From an uncultured Nitrospirota bacterium (lineage in GTDB: Bacteria; Nitrospirota; Nitrospiria; SBBL01; CAZOFZ01): a stretch of DNA of 32,593 bases. The notes under the pieces were generated by a model. The model was not told where the DNA came from. It saw nothing but the letters and a program-made list of their open reading frames with translations, and made no database searches. Position 1 is the first letter of the stretch. Every line of letters starts with the position of its first letter. Both the position numbers and the translations under genes were made by a program. The stretch spans positions 1 through 32,593 of the forward strand of contig CAZQIT010000029.1 in the NCBI GenBank assembly GCA_964592995.1, given 5' to 3'. Shown piece after piece: positions 8,977 to 17,955 of the stretch.

Positions 8977-9683
8977 CCCGACGCTGCGGGCGGGAGCGCC
9001 GCAGCGAGATTACTTAATATCCGTTCCAGATAAGCCTGGTGTGAAAGCGTCTGTTTTATTTGCGTAAGGACCGCGCTCTGCTTTTCCGTCCACCCCTGCG
9101 AGGGGTGCGGCCCCTGCGCGGGGCGCGACCCCCCGCTGTTTTCTCCCGCGCCTTCATCAAGCAGGGTGTCCCACATAACAGAAAGCGCGGCCAACGTGTC
9201 GTTCTCTTCTTTGAGGCGCGCCGCGAACTTCTCCTGCGCCGTTCGCAGCGCCGTCTGATGCGTTCCCTGATGGGGCGCCGCTTTCATCCCATCCAATGCC
9301 TCTTCCATCTCAAAAATCGCCTCAAACAGATCGGAGGGGGCCTCTGTGGGAATCGCGTTCCCCCCTTCCACCCGCCGAATCAGATATTCGATCCGTTTCT
9401 GCGGGTTTTTGAGTGTGCGATAGGCTGAATTCAAGAGGGCCGCGTTCGAAAGGCTGATGGCCTGCTCTTGGGAAGATTTCTGTTGATAAAAGTCGGGGTG
9501 GAATTTGCGGCTTAGGTCGTGGAAGCGGGCGGTCAGTGACGGCAGATCCAGGTTCAGGCGATGAGAAAACCCCAGGCAGGTGAAAGGGTCGCCGGAAAGT
9601 GGTTGAATGGCGTTACAATGGGGGCAAAAATGGAGGGTATCATGCGCGGCGTGACACCGCCAGCACGCAGTGATCTGCATCAT
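8973..9683 (-). CDS. hscB: J-domain co-chaperone HscB with N-terminal Cys4 zinc ribbon
   Basis: 236 aa. [18 protein letters not shown] is followed by a J domain with the HPD motif ([10 protein letters not shown]). 4-nt overlap with hscA. Confidence 0.8.
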   Translation of the reverse strand: MMQITACWRCHAAHDTLHFCPHCNAIQPLSGDPFTCLGFSHRLNLDLPSLTARFHDLSRKFHPDFYQQKSSQEQAISLSNAALLNSAYRTLKNPQKRIEYLIRRVEGGNAIPTEAPSDLFEAIFEMEEALDGMKAAPHQGTHQTALRTAQEKFAARLKEENDTLAALSVMWDTLLDEGAGENSGGSRPAQGPHPSQGWTEKQSAVLTQIKQTLSHQAYLERILSNLAAALPPAASG

Positions 9684-9705
9684 CTCTTCAGCCTGATGAA
9701 CGATT

Positions 9706-10170
9706 TTACGGCCCTGCTGCTTTCTGTTGTTTTGAAAACAGGAAGAAAGAGACGGTCAACAGAACAATCGCGCCAGCGTTCAGCCCGATGTCCCACAGAT
9801 ACTGGTTGAACTCGGAGAGGCTCATTACTTCCGTGAGACCATGGTGAGGCCCGGCGGCCAAGATGCGCCGGACGGAGGCAATAATCCCGATATAGAAAAA
9901 AGGCTCCAGACGAAGGGTGCGGACCTTGAGATAGTTGATGATCGTGCCGAGTACTTCCAGGATGATCAGGGCGATCAGGGTCTCGCCGATGAGCGCGAAG
10001 ATCGATTTCAGGGGCGACTCTAAAACATGACGAAAGAACTCCGTCCACGCGAAGAAGAACGCGGCCACCAGCAGAAAAATCAGGGCGACGGCAATCACCA
10101 CGTAAATTGCGCGATCGCCGCGCTCCAGCCAGCCGATCACCTTGGCATCGAAAGGCGTCTTCGTTTCCAT
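9706..10170 (-). CDS. PsiE-like integral membrane protein
   Basis: 154 aa with about 4 hydrophobic segments. The stretch LEVLGTIINYLKVRTLRLEPFFYIGIIASVRRIL resembles the conserved PsiE core (F.YIGI.A.VR.I). Confidence 0.55.
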   Translation of the reverse strand: METKTPFDAKVIGWLERGDRAIYVVIAVALIFLLVAAFFFAWTEFFRHVLESPLKSIFALIGETLIALIILEVLGTIINYLKVRTLRLEPFFYIGIIASVRRILAAGPHHGLTEVMSLSEFNQYLWDIGLNAGAIVLLTVSFFLFSKQQKAAGP

Positions 10171-10196
10171 GTTACGACATTACCTCATACAGCCCG

Positions 10197-10547
10197 TTAC
10201 GCCGAAAATGATTCGCCGCAGCCGCAGCTTTTCTTCGCGTTGGGGTTGTTGAATTTGAAACCCCCGCCGACCAGATCATCGCTGAAATCAAGTGTCATCC
10301 CTTCGAGATAAACGGCGCTTTTGGCGTCGACCAGCACGCGAAGGTCTTCGATTTCCATCAAGACGTCATGCGCTGTCGCCTCGGTGTCAAAACTCAACTT
10401 GTAGGAAAGGCCGGAACAGCCGCCTCCTTCCACGCCAACACGCAGCGCAGCATGTCCCAGATTTTTCCGTGCGATGATCCCATGTACAGCCCGAACAGCC
10501 TTCGGCGTTAGGGTCAGAACCGGTGCTGTTTTTGTTTCCATACGCAT
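10197..10547 (-). CDS. iscA: IscA/HesB-type Fe-S cluster insertion protein
   Basis: 116 aa. Motifs GGGCSGLSYKL and C-terminal CGCGESF. Confidence 0.9.
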   Translation of the reverse strand: MRMETKTAPVLTLTPKAVRAVHGIIARKNLGHAALRVGVEGGGCSGLSYKLSFDTEATAHDVLMEIEDLRVLVDAKSAVYLEGMTLDFSDDLVGGGFKFNNPNAKKSCGCGESFSA

Positions 10548-10619
10548 GACCTCACATTAGAACATCATTTCAGAGCGCAGAGCGCGAGGGGCAGCTTGCA
10601 TAAATAGGCGATGTCATAG

Positions 10620-11474
10620 TTAACGTAGGGGATACCTATTTTGAGGACTTGGGAATGCCACGCCGGGTATGGGCGAACTGTTCATTTGGGTTGATGCACC
10701 CGACTGCCAACGCGGGTTAGGCTCATCCTTGATGGATCGAGCCAACGCAAAGAACTGCTCCACAGAGCCGTTTTCTCTAACGTTCCCTTCCATGGTGACT
10801 GTATACGATTTATTTTCAGTAGCCCAAGTCATCATCGACATTGCTTTACCCGATCCGTTTTTCGCGACCGAGAAGATCGCCGGATAATCGTTAACCTCTG
10901 CGTTAATAAGCTCTTTCACAGTAACACCGCCACCCGTCCCAGCGACTCGATAATCAAACTCTTTGAGTTCCACAACACCCCCTTCGGGTGTTGTAAAAAC
11001 CCGATTGATGAAAGAAACTTGTCCATTCATATTCAACACCTCTGGGCTTGCTCCAATGAATCTGAATTTTTCAAAGGGGGTTTTCTCTAGCGAAGCTGGC
11101 TTTATCATCAGGTCGTACCTTTCCTGCATCTCCTCTATTGATTGGAGCAATCTGGGACGAGACGAATGGATCTCATTTTGGTATTGCTCAAATGTTTGGA
11201 AATCTCCATCCTCTTTCTCTGTAACCGTATAATATCCTTTCTCGGCCTCTTCTTGAATACGCTGCTTTACTTGCGTTTTTAGTTCAGGAGGGAGAGACAT
11301 ATCATCAATCGGTTCACTTCTCCAGGGTTCGGCACCGCCAAAACCCCCCTCCGGATTATCCTTCCCCTGAACTGGCCCCTCAATCATTTGGGATGGGGGC
11401 ATAAAGAGAGGCGTAAAGAAGAAAAGGAAAAGAAACACCCCCACGATTCCCAGAACAGAAAAGAAGACACGCAT
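10620..11474 (-). CDS. hypothetical membrane-anchored protein (unknown function)
   Basis: 284 aa with one N-terminal TM helix (FFSVLGIVGVFLFLFFFTPLF), then an acidic linker and a C-terminal globular part. Clearly lower GC than the isc genes. RBS AAGGAA upstream. The C-terminal segment (MTWATENKSYTVTMEG...EQFFALARSI) is only vaguely DUF4367-like. Confidence 0.55.
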   Translation of the reverse strand: MRVFFSVLGIVGVFLFLFFFTPLFMPPSQMIEGPVQGKDNPEGGFGGAEPWRSEPIDDMSLPPELKTQVKQRIQEEAEKGYYTVTEKEDGDFQTFEQYQNEIHSSRPRLLQSIEEMQERYDLMIKPASLEKTPFEKFRFIGASPEVLNMNGQVSFINRVFTTPEGGVVELKEFDYRVAGTGGGVTVKELINAEVNDYPAIFSVAKNGSGKAMSMMTWATENKSYTVTMEGNVRENGSVEQFFALARSIKDEPNPRWQSGASTQMNSSPIPGVAFPSPQNRYPLR

Positions 11475-11531
11475 AAAATTCGGTTCCTTTGAGTTTCAAG
11501 TGGGTAAAGCTCTCCCATTAGAAAAGCGAGC

Positions 11532-11571
11532 GGGCCATTCCCCCTTAATAAAGGGGGGCAGGGGGGTTGTT
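11532..11571. repeat. left arm of a 40-bp perfect inverted repeat
   Basis: gggccattcccccttaataaaggggggcaggggggttgtt is the exact reverse complement of 11731..11770. Each arm also holds its own hairpin, CCCCCTT-aata-AAGGGGG. Confidence 0.95.
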
Positions 11572-11586
11572 TTAATTTTTCTAATC

Positions 11587-11730
11587 TCATCCTGAATCGC
11601 GACGCATAAACGGGTAGCCGCCGATCTTTCTGCCTTTTAGGTGTGCCCAAAGTAACACTTCTAACAAAACACCCGGCCTTCTGAGTTCTTTTGCTCGTTG
11701 TTCTAATCTCGGATTGTATACGATTTTCAT
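11587..11730 (-). pseudogene. truncated DUF559 (Vsr-like endonuclease family) N-terminal fragment
   Basis: MKIVYNPRLEQRAKELRRPGVLLEVLLWAHLKGRKIGGYPFMRR matches the usual DUF559 N-terminus (A+.LR+..T.aE..LW..LR.r.lgGykFRRQ). It stops after 47 aa, whereas full-length proteins are about 120 aa. Confidence 0.5.
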
Positions 11731-11770
11731 AACAACCCCCCTGCCCCCCTTTATTAAGGGGGAATGGCCC
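11731..11770. repeat. right arm of the 40-bp perfect inverted repeat
   Basis: Reverse complement of 11532..11571. The arms enclose 159 bp. Confidence 0.95.
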
Positions 11771-11820
11771 ACTTAAAATTTCAAAGCGCCATCATGATCA
11801 GAGCGCACAGGAGGGGCCGC

Positions 11821-12210
11821 TCACCCGACGGCCACCGGTTGTTTCCTGCGGAAATCGGAAATGGCGGCCTTAATCGCATCTTCTGCCAGGACGGAGCAGT
11901 GGATTTTGACGGGCGGCAGGCTGAGTTCGTTGACGATGTCGGTGTTTTTAATGGTGAAGGCCTCGTCCACGGTTTTCCCCTTGAGCCACTCCGTCGCCAG
12001 ACTGGAGCTGGCGATGGCACTGCCGCAGCCGAAGGTTTTAAACTTGGCATCTTCGATGACCCCGTCGTTCACCCGCAATTGGAGCTTCATGACGTCTCCA
12101 CATTCCGGCGCCCCGACAACGCCAGTGCCCACGCTCGGGTCGTTTTTGTCGAGACTCCCCATATTCCTCGGATTCGTATAGTGATCGATGACCTTGTCGC
12201 TGTATGACAT
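11821..12210 (-). CDS. iscU: Fe-S cluster scaffold IscU
   Basis: 129 aa. MSYSDKVIDHYTNPRNMGSL, GAPECGDVMKL, FGCGSAIASSS and HCSVLAEDAI are all canonical IscU motifs. Confidence 0.95.
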   Translation of the reverse strand: MSYSDKVIDHYTNPRNMGSLDKNDPSVGTGVVGAPECGDVMKLQLRVNDGVIEDAKFKTFGCGSAIASSSLATEWLKGKTVDEAFTIKNTDIVNELSLPPVKIHCSVLAEDAIKAAISDFRRKQPVAVG

Positions 12211-12226
12211 GTTGTCCTCCTTGTTG

Positions 12227-13444
12227 TTAATGCGCGGCCCACTGGACGCTCTTTAGATCAATCCCCTCTTTTGCCATCTCGTAGAGAGGCGACATGTCGC
12301 GCAAGCGTCGCACCGATTCGATGACCCGCTGACCGACATAATCCACTTCTTCTTCCGTATTGAATCGTCCCAGGCCAAACCGGAGCGATGAATGGGCCAG
12401 ATCGCTCCCCACCCCCAGGCTGCGGAGCACATACGAAGGCTCCAGCGTCGCCGTCGTGCAGGCCGATCCCGACGAGAGGGCCACCTCTTTTAAGCCCATC
12501 AGGAGCGACTCCCCCTCCACGTAGGCAAAACTCATATTTAGATTGTGCGCCAGACGTTCCGTGGGATGCCCGTTGAGATAAACCTCGTCCAACTCCTCCA
12601 GAATCCGTCTCTCAAGCCGATCCCGCAGCCGGGTCAGACGCACCGTCTCTTCTGCCATCTCTTTTTCGCAAATTTCACAGGCCGCGCCAAACCCCGCAAT
12701 CGCCGGCACATTTAGCGTGCCGGAGCGCATTCCCCGTTCGTGCCCGCCGCCATCCATCAGCGGCGCAATCCGCACACGCGGATTTTTGCGGCGCACATAG
12801 AGCGCCCCCACCCCCTTGGGGCCGTAGATTTTATGCGCCGTGAACGACATCAGATCAATTCCCATGGCCTGGACATCCACCGGAATTTTTCCAACCCCTT
12901 GTGTGGCATCGCAATGAAAGATCACCCCCCGCTCTTTTGCGATTTTTCCGATTTCGGCAACAGGCTGAATAACGCCAATTTCGTTATTGGCCATCATAAT
13001 GGAAATCAGAATCGTCTTTTCGGTAATGGCCGCCCGCAGCGCAGAAAGATCAATCAATCCATTGGAGTCAACCGTCAGATAGGTGACCGAAAGCCCGACC
13101 TTTTCAAGCCGTTTGGCGGTATCCAGAATCGCCTTGTGTTCGGTGGCCACCGTAATGATATGGTTGCCCTTGTCCCGATACATCTCGGCCACCCCTTTGA
13201 GGGCCAGATTGTCCGACTCGGTGGCGCCGCTGGTGAAGATGACCTCTTTGGGGTCGCAGTGAATCAATTGCGCAATCTGGCCGCGCGCCCGATCCACCGC
13301 CTTTTCCGCTTCCCACCCAAAGGCATGGTTCCGGCTGGCCGCATTCCCGAACTTTTGGGTAAAATAAGGGAGCATGGCCTCCAAGACACGGGGGTCCATC
13401 GGCGTGGTGGAATGGTTGTCCATAAAAATCGGAAGTTTTAACAT
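12227..13444 (-). CDS. iscS: cysteine desulfurase IscS
   Basis: 405 aa. PLP-lysine region [12 protein letters not shown] and active-site loop SSGSACTT. Confidence 0.95.
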   Translation of the reverse strand: MLKLPIFMDNHSTTPMDPRVLEAMLPYFTQKFGNAASRNHAFGWEAEKAVDRARGQIAQLIHCDPKEVIFTSGATESDNLALKGVAEMYRDKGNHIITVATEHKAILDTAKRLEKVGLSVTYLTVDSNGLIDLSALRAAITEKTILISIMMANNEIGVIQPVAEIGKIAKERGVIFHCDATQGVGKIPVDVQAMGIDLMSFTAHKIYGPKGVGALYVRRKNPRVRIAPLMDGGGHERGMRSGTLNVPAIAGFGAACEICEKEMAEETVRLTRLRDRLERRILEELDEVYLNGHPTERLAHNLNMSFAYVEGESLLMGLKEVALSSGSACTTATLEPSYVLRSLGVGSDLAHSSLRFGLGRFNTEEEVDYVGQRVIESVRRLRDMSPLYEMAKEGIDLKSVQWAAH

Positions 13445-13463
13445 TGTCCCCCCCTTAAGTTCC

Positions 13464-13919
13464 CTAATAAGCGTGCGTCAATTGCACCAAACCTTCCGGT
13501 TCATCCTGTTCATTTTGGTCCGCTTGCTGATACATCTGATCCACTGTAATGCTTTCCAGGAATGCGACAATTTTCCGCTCAATCCGGATCAACGGCCCAC
13601 GCACCGTACAGTGTTCCATTTGTGAACAATCCTCGTCTTCGCAGCGCACAATTCGGATGGGGCCTTCAATGGCCTGGATGACTTCTCCGATGGTAATGTG
13701 AGCGGCGTCCTTCGCTAGGGCATAGCCCCCCTTGGGACCGCTCTTACTTAGAATAATCCCGCTTTTTGCAAGCCGTTGTAGGATTTTTGCAAGCAATTCC
13801 AATGGAATATGATATATTTCTGCGATTCTTTTCGTATTGGCGACAAACTGATCTTCCTGGCACGCCATAAAATTGATCGCCATCAGGGCATAATCTGTAT
13901 TTTTGGTAAGCCTCAACAT
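13464..13919 (-). CDS. iscR: Rrf2-family regulator (IscR-like)
   Basis: Start taken at ATG 13919 ([15 protein letters not shown]...). Winged-helix Rrf2 N-terminus. First gene of the isc operon. Confidence 0.8.
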   Translation of the reverse strand: MLRLTKNTDYALMAINFMACQEDQFVANTKRIAEIYHIPLELLAKILQRLAKSGIILSKSGPKGGYALAKDAAHITIGEVIQAIEGPIRIVRCEDEDCSQMEHCTVRGPLIRIERKIVAFLESITVDQMYQQADQNEQDEPEGLVQLTHAY

Positions 13920-14047
13920 GACTTCTGATACGCCTTCAGGCGACCCCATCTTTCTGTCTAGCAGAACACAAACAGCACATCTTCAACGTCCATCATATCA
14001 GAATCCATGATATCCGACAGATTATATCTGCGATTCATTTAATCGTA

Positions 14048-14077
14048 TATATAGCACTCCCCGAAATCGCATGTCAA
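14048..14077 (-). promoter_or_regulatory. candidate sigma70-like promoter of the isc operon
   Basis: Minus strand reads TTGACA-18 nt-TATATA in the AT-richer divergent spacer. Palindromes CAGATATAATCTG (14018..14030) and ATATCA-N7-TGATAT (13995..14013) lie just downstream and could be Rrf2 operator sites. Confidence 0.4.
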
Positions 14078-14308
14078 CTTTTTCGGAACGGCCTGTAGAG
14101 AACACGTAAACGGTCCGGTTTCATATCGGAAGATGAGATGGGTTCGCTGTGCTCACGAAAATGCTGTTCCGGAACTGAAAGGGGTAGAAATTATTGACGC
14201 GCTCTCGTATGATTACGCTGTTACTGTAATTGCGGACGCGACCTCAATCTGTGTCGTTGGACGCGGTGGGTTCGTCCGGGCGACGTTTTGGGAAGCTTGG
14301 AGGGTTAT

Positions 14309-14992
14309 ATGAACGCATCTGATTCTATCCGCGTGCTAGAGGATGAAATCCTTCAGCACGACGCAGTGCAGCACCCCTTCCTCAAGCGGTTTGCCTCCGA
14401 GCCACTGACGCTGGCCCAAATCCAGACCTTTGGCCTTCAGCACTATCAACTGGTCAAAATTTTCGTCAACTACATGACGAACCTCCTGCCGCGCATTCCC
14501 GACCCGGAGGCAGCCGCACTCTTTCGGGTGGTTTTCGACGACGAGTTTGGCCAGCACACCATCTTCCGCAGCCATCCAGCGCTCTATCGCAATTTCCTTC
14601 GGAGTCTGGGGTTCGACGACGGGGCGTGGGGGCGGGTGGCGGCGCTTCCTGTGGTGTCGGCGTTTGTTGAGGGCCACATGCGGCTGACGCGGGATGAAGA
14701 CTTTCTGGTCGGCTTGGGGGCGGTGGGGCCGGGACATGAATTTTCCATCCCGACGATGTTCGGATACCTCGTTTCCGGACTCCAGCGCAACACGCAACTG
14801 ACCGACGAACAGGTGGAGTATTTCACGCTGCACATTGTCGAAGACAAGGAACATGCCGTCGTCTTCAACAAACTGATTGTTCGCCACACGCAGGATGAGG
14901 CGGCTCAGTCTCGCATCCGCGATGGCGCAATGCGCTCTCTGGCCCTGCGCAAAACCTTCTGGGACGGCCTTTCACGGGTGATCTTCCCATGA
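14309..14992 (+). CDS. haem-oxygenase-like fold protein (iron-containing redox enzyme family, PqqC/CADD-like)
   Basis: Start at ATG 14309, preceded by GGAGG with a 5-nt spacer. Sequence HPFLKRF...LAQIQTFGLQHYQLVKIF...DEFG...HPALYRNFLRSLG...HIVEDKEH is typical of this helical family. Confidence 0.55.
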   Translation: MNASDSIRVLEDEILQHDAVQHPFLKRFASEPLTLAQIQTFGLQHYQLVKIFVNYMTNLLPRIPDPEAAALFRVVFDDEFGQHTIFRSHPALYRNFLRSLGFDDGAWGRVAALPVVSAFVEGHMRLTRDEDFLVGLGAVGPGHEFSIPTMFGYLVSGLQRNTQLTDEQVEYFTLHIVEDKEHAVVFNKLIVRHTQDEAAQSRIRDGAMRSLALRKTFWDGLSRVIFP

Positions 14993-15014
14993 GATTACCC
15001 GTTGTGGAACCGAC

Positions 15015-15503
15015 ATGCACCTCCTGATTGACGGCTATAACTTGATCGGGCGACAGGGAGGGCTGCGCGGGGACATTGCAGGCAAGCGCGATCGGCTTCT
15101 GGCCGATCTTTCAGAATATCTTCAGATCAAAGATCACGATATTATCGTCGTTTTTGACGGATGGAAATCGGGACATCCGGTCGAATACGAAGAGCGGATC
15201 GGCGGCGTCACCATCATCTATTCCCGTCGCGGCGAACAGGCCGACGCCGTCATTGTGCGCCTGGCCGAGACGATGGGCAACACCTGTGCGGTGGTCACTT
15301 CCGATCGGGAGGTGCAGCGGTCGGTTGCGCCATTTGATTGCGCCGTCCTCTTTTCGGGTGAGTTTGACCTGCGGTTGCGGCAGGCGCTGTCGGGCGAAGC
15401 CGCACCTTTGCCGTCACCGTTGCGTCCAGGCCCCAAGTCGGGGAATCCCGCCCGTCGTCCCAAGTCGGAACGCAAACGGCAATCTCAATTGAGGCGGTTT
15501 TAA
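15015..15503 (+). CDS. NYN-domain / YacP-like predicted RNase
   Basis: 162 aa. MHLLIDGYNLIG ... VVFDG ... VVTSDREVQ pattern with a basic C-terminal tail. Confidence 0.65.
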   Translation: MHLLIDGYNLIGRQGGLRGDIAGKRDRLLADLSEYLQIKDHDIIVVFDGWKSGHPVEYEERIGGVTIIYSRRGEQADAVIVRLAETMGNTCAVVTSDREVQRSVAPFDCAVLFSGEFDLRLRQALSGEAAPLPSPLRPGPKSGNPARRPKSERKRQSQLRRF

Positions 15504-15513
15504 GGGCTCATCC

Positions 15514-17631
15514 ATGAATAACATCCACAAAAAGGGCAAACGCGTCGCCGAACTCTTCGTGGAGGTTGGCGTGGAGGAGATGCCGTCGGGCGTGATGGCC
15601 GACACGCTCCGGCAGTTGCGGGAGACGAGCGAGCGGCGACTTGCTGCCGATGCCCTGCCGTTTGATTCGGTGCAGACCTTCGGGACCCCTCGAAGGCTTA
15701 TTCTGGTTGTCTTCGCGCTGGCCGCGACGCAGACGACGCGCGCCACGCAGGTGATTGGCCCGCCCAAACGCGCAGCCTTTGACGCCGCAGGTCACCCGAC
15801 GCCCGCCGCCATCGGCTTTGCCAAATCGCAGGGGGTGGCGGTGGAGGCGCTTGCGGTGATCCAGACGGAAAAGGGGGAATATCTCGCCGTCGAAAAGACG
15901 ACGCCAGGCCAGCCGACGGCGGCGCGCCTCCCGATCCTGCTTCCCGAAATCCTTGCCAGCCTGACCTTCCCAAAGTCGATGCGCTGGAATGAGACCGCCG
16001 TGGCCTTTGCCCGCCCCATCCGGTGGATCGTGGCAATGTACGACGGCCAGCTTGTCCCATTCCAATATGCGGGCGTTGCTTCCGGCGACCTCTCGCGCGG
16101 CCACCGCATCCTCTCGCCAAAGCCTTTCCGCGTCACCACGTTCGCCACGTATCAAAAGGAGATGGCGCGGCGACAGGTTGTGATCGACCCAAAAGCCCGC
16201 TACGACCAGATTGTTGCCGAGATGGCCGCGCTGGCCGATGCGGCAGGCGGGATCGTGAAGGGGGACGACGACCTGCTCTGGCAGGCGGCATGGACCACGG
16301 AGTATCCAAGAGCACTCTGCGGGGCGTTTGACCCCCCGTTTCTGGACTTGCCGCCGGAGGTCATCACCACGGTGATGAAGGAGCATCAGGGCTACTTCCC
16401 GCTGTACGAAAACAAAGAAGGCGGGAAACTGCTGCCGGCGTTTATCACGATTGCAAACATTCAGGCCAGCGACATGGATGTGATCCGCCGGGGCAACGAA
16501 CGGGTCTTGCGCGCCCGCCTGGTGGACGCCCGCTTTTATTACGATCAGGATCGGAAGGTGAAACTGGCCGACCGGGTAGACGCCCTCCGGCAGGTGACGT
16601 TTCAGGAAAAACTGGGCACGCTGCACGACAAGATCGAACGGGTGGCTGGGCTGTCTCTTGTCTTGGCGCAAACCGTGCCGAACGCGCCGCCGGAGGCGCT
16701 GCTCCGCGCCGCACTCCTTTATAAATGTGACCTGCTGACGGGCGTGGTGCGAGAGTTCCCGTCGCTTCAGGGGGTGATGGGGCGGATTTATGCCCTCCGT
16801 GATGGGGAGTCTTCCGATGTGGCCGCCGCCATCGAGGCACATTACCGGCCCCGCTTTGCCGGGGATGTGCTGCCGACCGACCCCGTCGGACGTTACTTGT
16901 CGGTTGCCGATAAACTGGACACGATTGTGGGCTGCTTCGGTGTGGGCCTCATCCCCAGCGGTTCCGAAGACCCCTACGCCCTGCGGCGACAGGGGATGGG
17001 CGTGGTGCAGATTTTGGCGGTCCGTGGAGTGAAGAATGGCGCGATTATTGCCGCAGCCGTGCAGCAATACGAAAAACAGGACAAGTTTTCCGGTGCGGGG
17101 GTGGCCGAGGCGGTGGGCGAATTCCTGAAAGGCCGGATGGCGTCGTGGCTTCAGGCCCGTGACATGCGGCATGATCTGGTTCACGCCGTCTTAAACCGGC
17201 CCGGCCTGTCGGCTGCGCAGTTCCCAGACGATCTCTGTGGTACAATGGCGCGCGTCGAGGCCCTGGTTCGGGCCGCAGGGCAGCCCCACTTTGACCGGCT
17301 TCTAACCGGGGTAAAACGGGCCAGCCGCATCCTGCCTGCGGGATTTTCCGGCGAGGTCGATCCGGGGTGGATCAAAGACGAGCCGGAGGTGGCGCTCTTT
17401 GACGCAGTTGTTGAGGCCGAAACAGCGATAGACCAGGATCAGAAACAGCAGTTCAACGCGGTTTTGCAGACACTGGCGGCGTTGGCGGAGCCGCTGGCTT
17501 GCTTCTTCGACGGTGTCTTGGTGATGGCCCCCGACGAGACCCTCCGCCGCAATCGTCTGGGCCTGCTTTTGCGGGTGCGCCGCCTGTTTGACCGCGTCGC
17601 CGACTTCTCCAAAATCGAAGGCGGGGGATGA
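15514..17631 (+). CDS. glyS: glycine--tRNA ligase beta subunit
   Basis: 705 aa. N-terminus LFVEVGVEEMP, GTPRRL, and a C-terminal anticodon-binding region. No glyQ is adjacent. Confidence 0.9.
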   Translation: MNNIHKKGKRVAELFVEVGVEEMPSGVMADTLRQLRETSERRLAADALPFDSVQTFGTPRRLILVVFALAATQTTRATQVIGPPKRAAFDAAGHPTPAAIGFAKSQGVAVEALAVIQTEKGEYLAVEKTTPGQPTAARLPILLPEILASLTFPKSMRWNETAVAFARPIRWIVAMYDGQLVPFQYAGVASGDLSRGHRILSPKPFRVTTFATYQKEMARRQVVIDPKARYDQIVAEMAALADAAGGIVKGDDDLLWQAAWTTEYPRALCGAFDPPFLDLPPEVITTVMKEHQGYFPLYENKEGGKLLPAFITIANIQASDMDVIRRGNERVLRARLVDARFYYDQDRKVKLADRVDALRQVTFQEKLGTLHDKIERVAGLSLVLAQTVPNAPPEALLRAALLYKCDLLTGVVREFPSLQGVMGRIYALRDGESSDVAAAIEAHYRPRFAGDVLPTDPVGRYLSVADKLDTIVGCFGVGLIPSGSEDPYALRRQGMGVVQILAVRGVKNGAIIAAAVQQYEKQDKFSGAGVAEAVGEFLKGRMASWLQARDMRHDLVHAVLNRPGLSAAQFPDDLCGTMARVEALVRAAGQPHFDRLLTGVKRASRILPAGFSGEVDPGWIKDEPEVALFDAVVEAETAIDQDQKQQFNAVLQTLAALAEPLACFFDGVLVMAPDETLRRNRLGLLLRVRRLFDRVADFSKIEGGG

Positions 17632-17636
17632 CGGCG
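17559..17636. repeat. direct repeat copy 1 (functional glyS 3' end plus 5 nt)
   Basis: 17571..17636 is identical over 66 bp to 18211..18276. Similarity extends leftward to 17559/18198, with cttttg vs ctactcg between. Confidence 0.95.
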
Positions 17637-17942
17637 GATGCGCTCATACGAATCAAACGCGTCGTTCTTGCTGGAAGGTATGCCTTTAGCGAAAAGGCGC
17701 GTTTGGAAATGGAGGCGGACGGTCTCGCCGAGATGGACGTCGCCGAGTCGATTCTCAATGCTGTTGCGATTTACAAGAAGATCCGATCACGGAGTCCGTT
17801 TCGTCGCGGGACAAGCGAATACCTCTATGTCATTCAAAGCGTCAATCTGGAGGGTTTGGCCATCTACACCAAAGGGAAATTGGTGCGAGAGATGGACGAA
17901 GATGTCTACTACTTTCTCGTCTCATCCAAGCGCGCCTTGTAA
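17628..17942 (+). CDS. MqsR-like (or DUF4258-like) toxin
   Basis: 104 aa. IKRVVLAGRYAFSEKARLEMEADGLAEMDVAESILNAV aligns by eye with the MqsR N-terminal region. Toxin-first gene order with a Zn-ribbon partner. The ATG overlaps the glyS TGA (ATGA). Confidence 0.55.
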   Translation: MTADALIRIKRVVLAGRYAFSEKARLEMEADGLAEMDVAESILNAVAIYKKIRSRSPFRRGTSEYLYVIQSVNLEGLAIYTKGKLVREMDEDVYYFLVSSKRAL

Positions 17943-17955
17943 AGGGTAAGTACTG

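Noticed and set aside
12740-13441. 233-aa plus-strand ORF
   Set aside because: It is antisense to iscS.
15508-17184. 558-aa ORF on the minus strand
   Set aside because: It is entirely antisense to glyS. It is Arg/Gly/Pro/His-rich with no motifs, a typical shadow ORF of a high-GC coding region.
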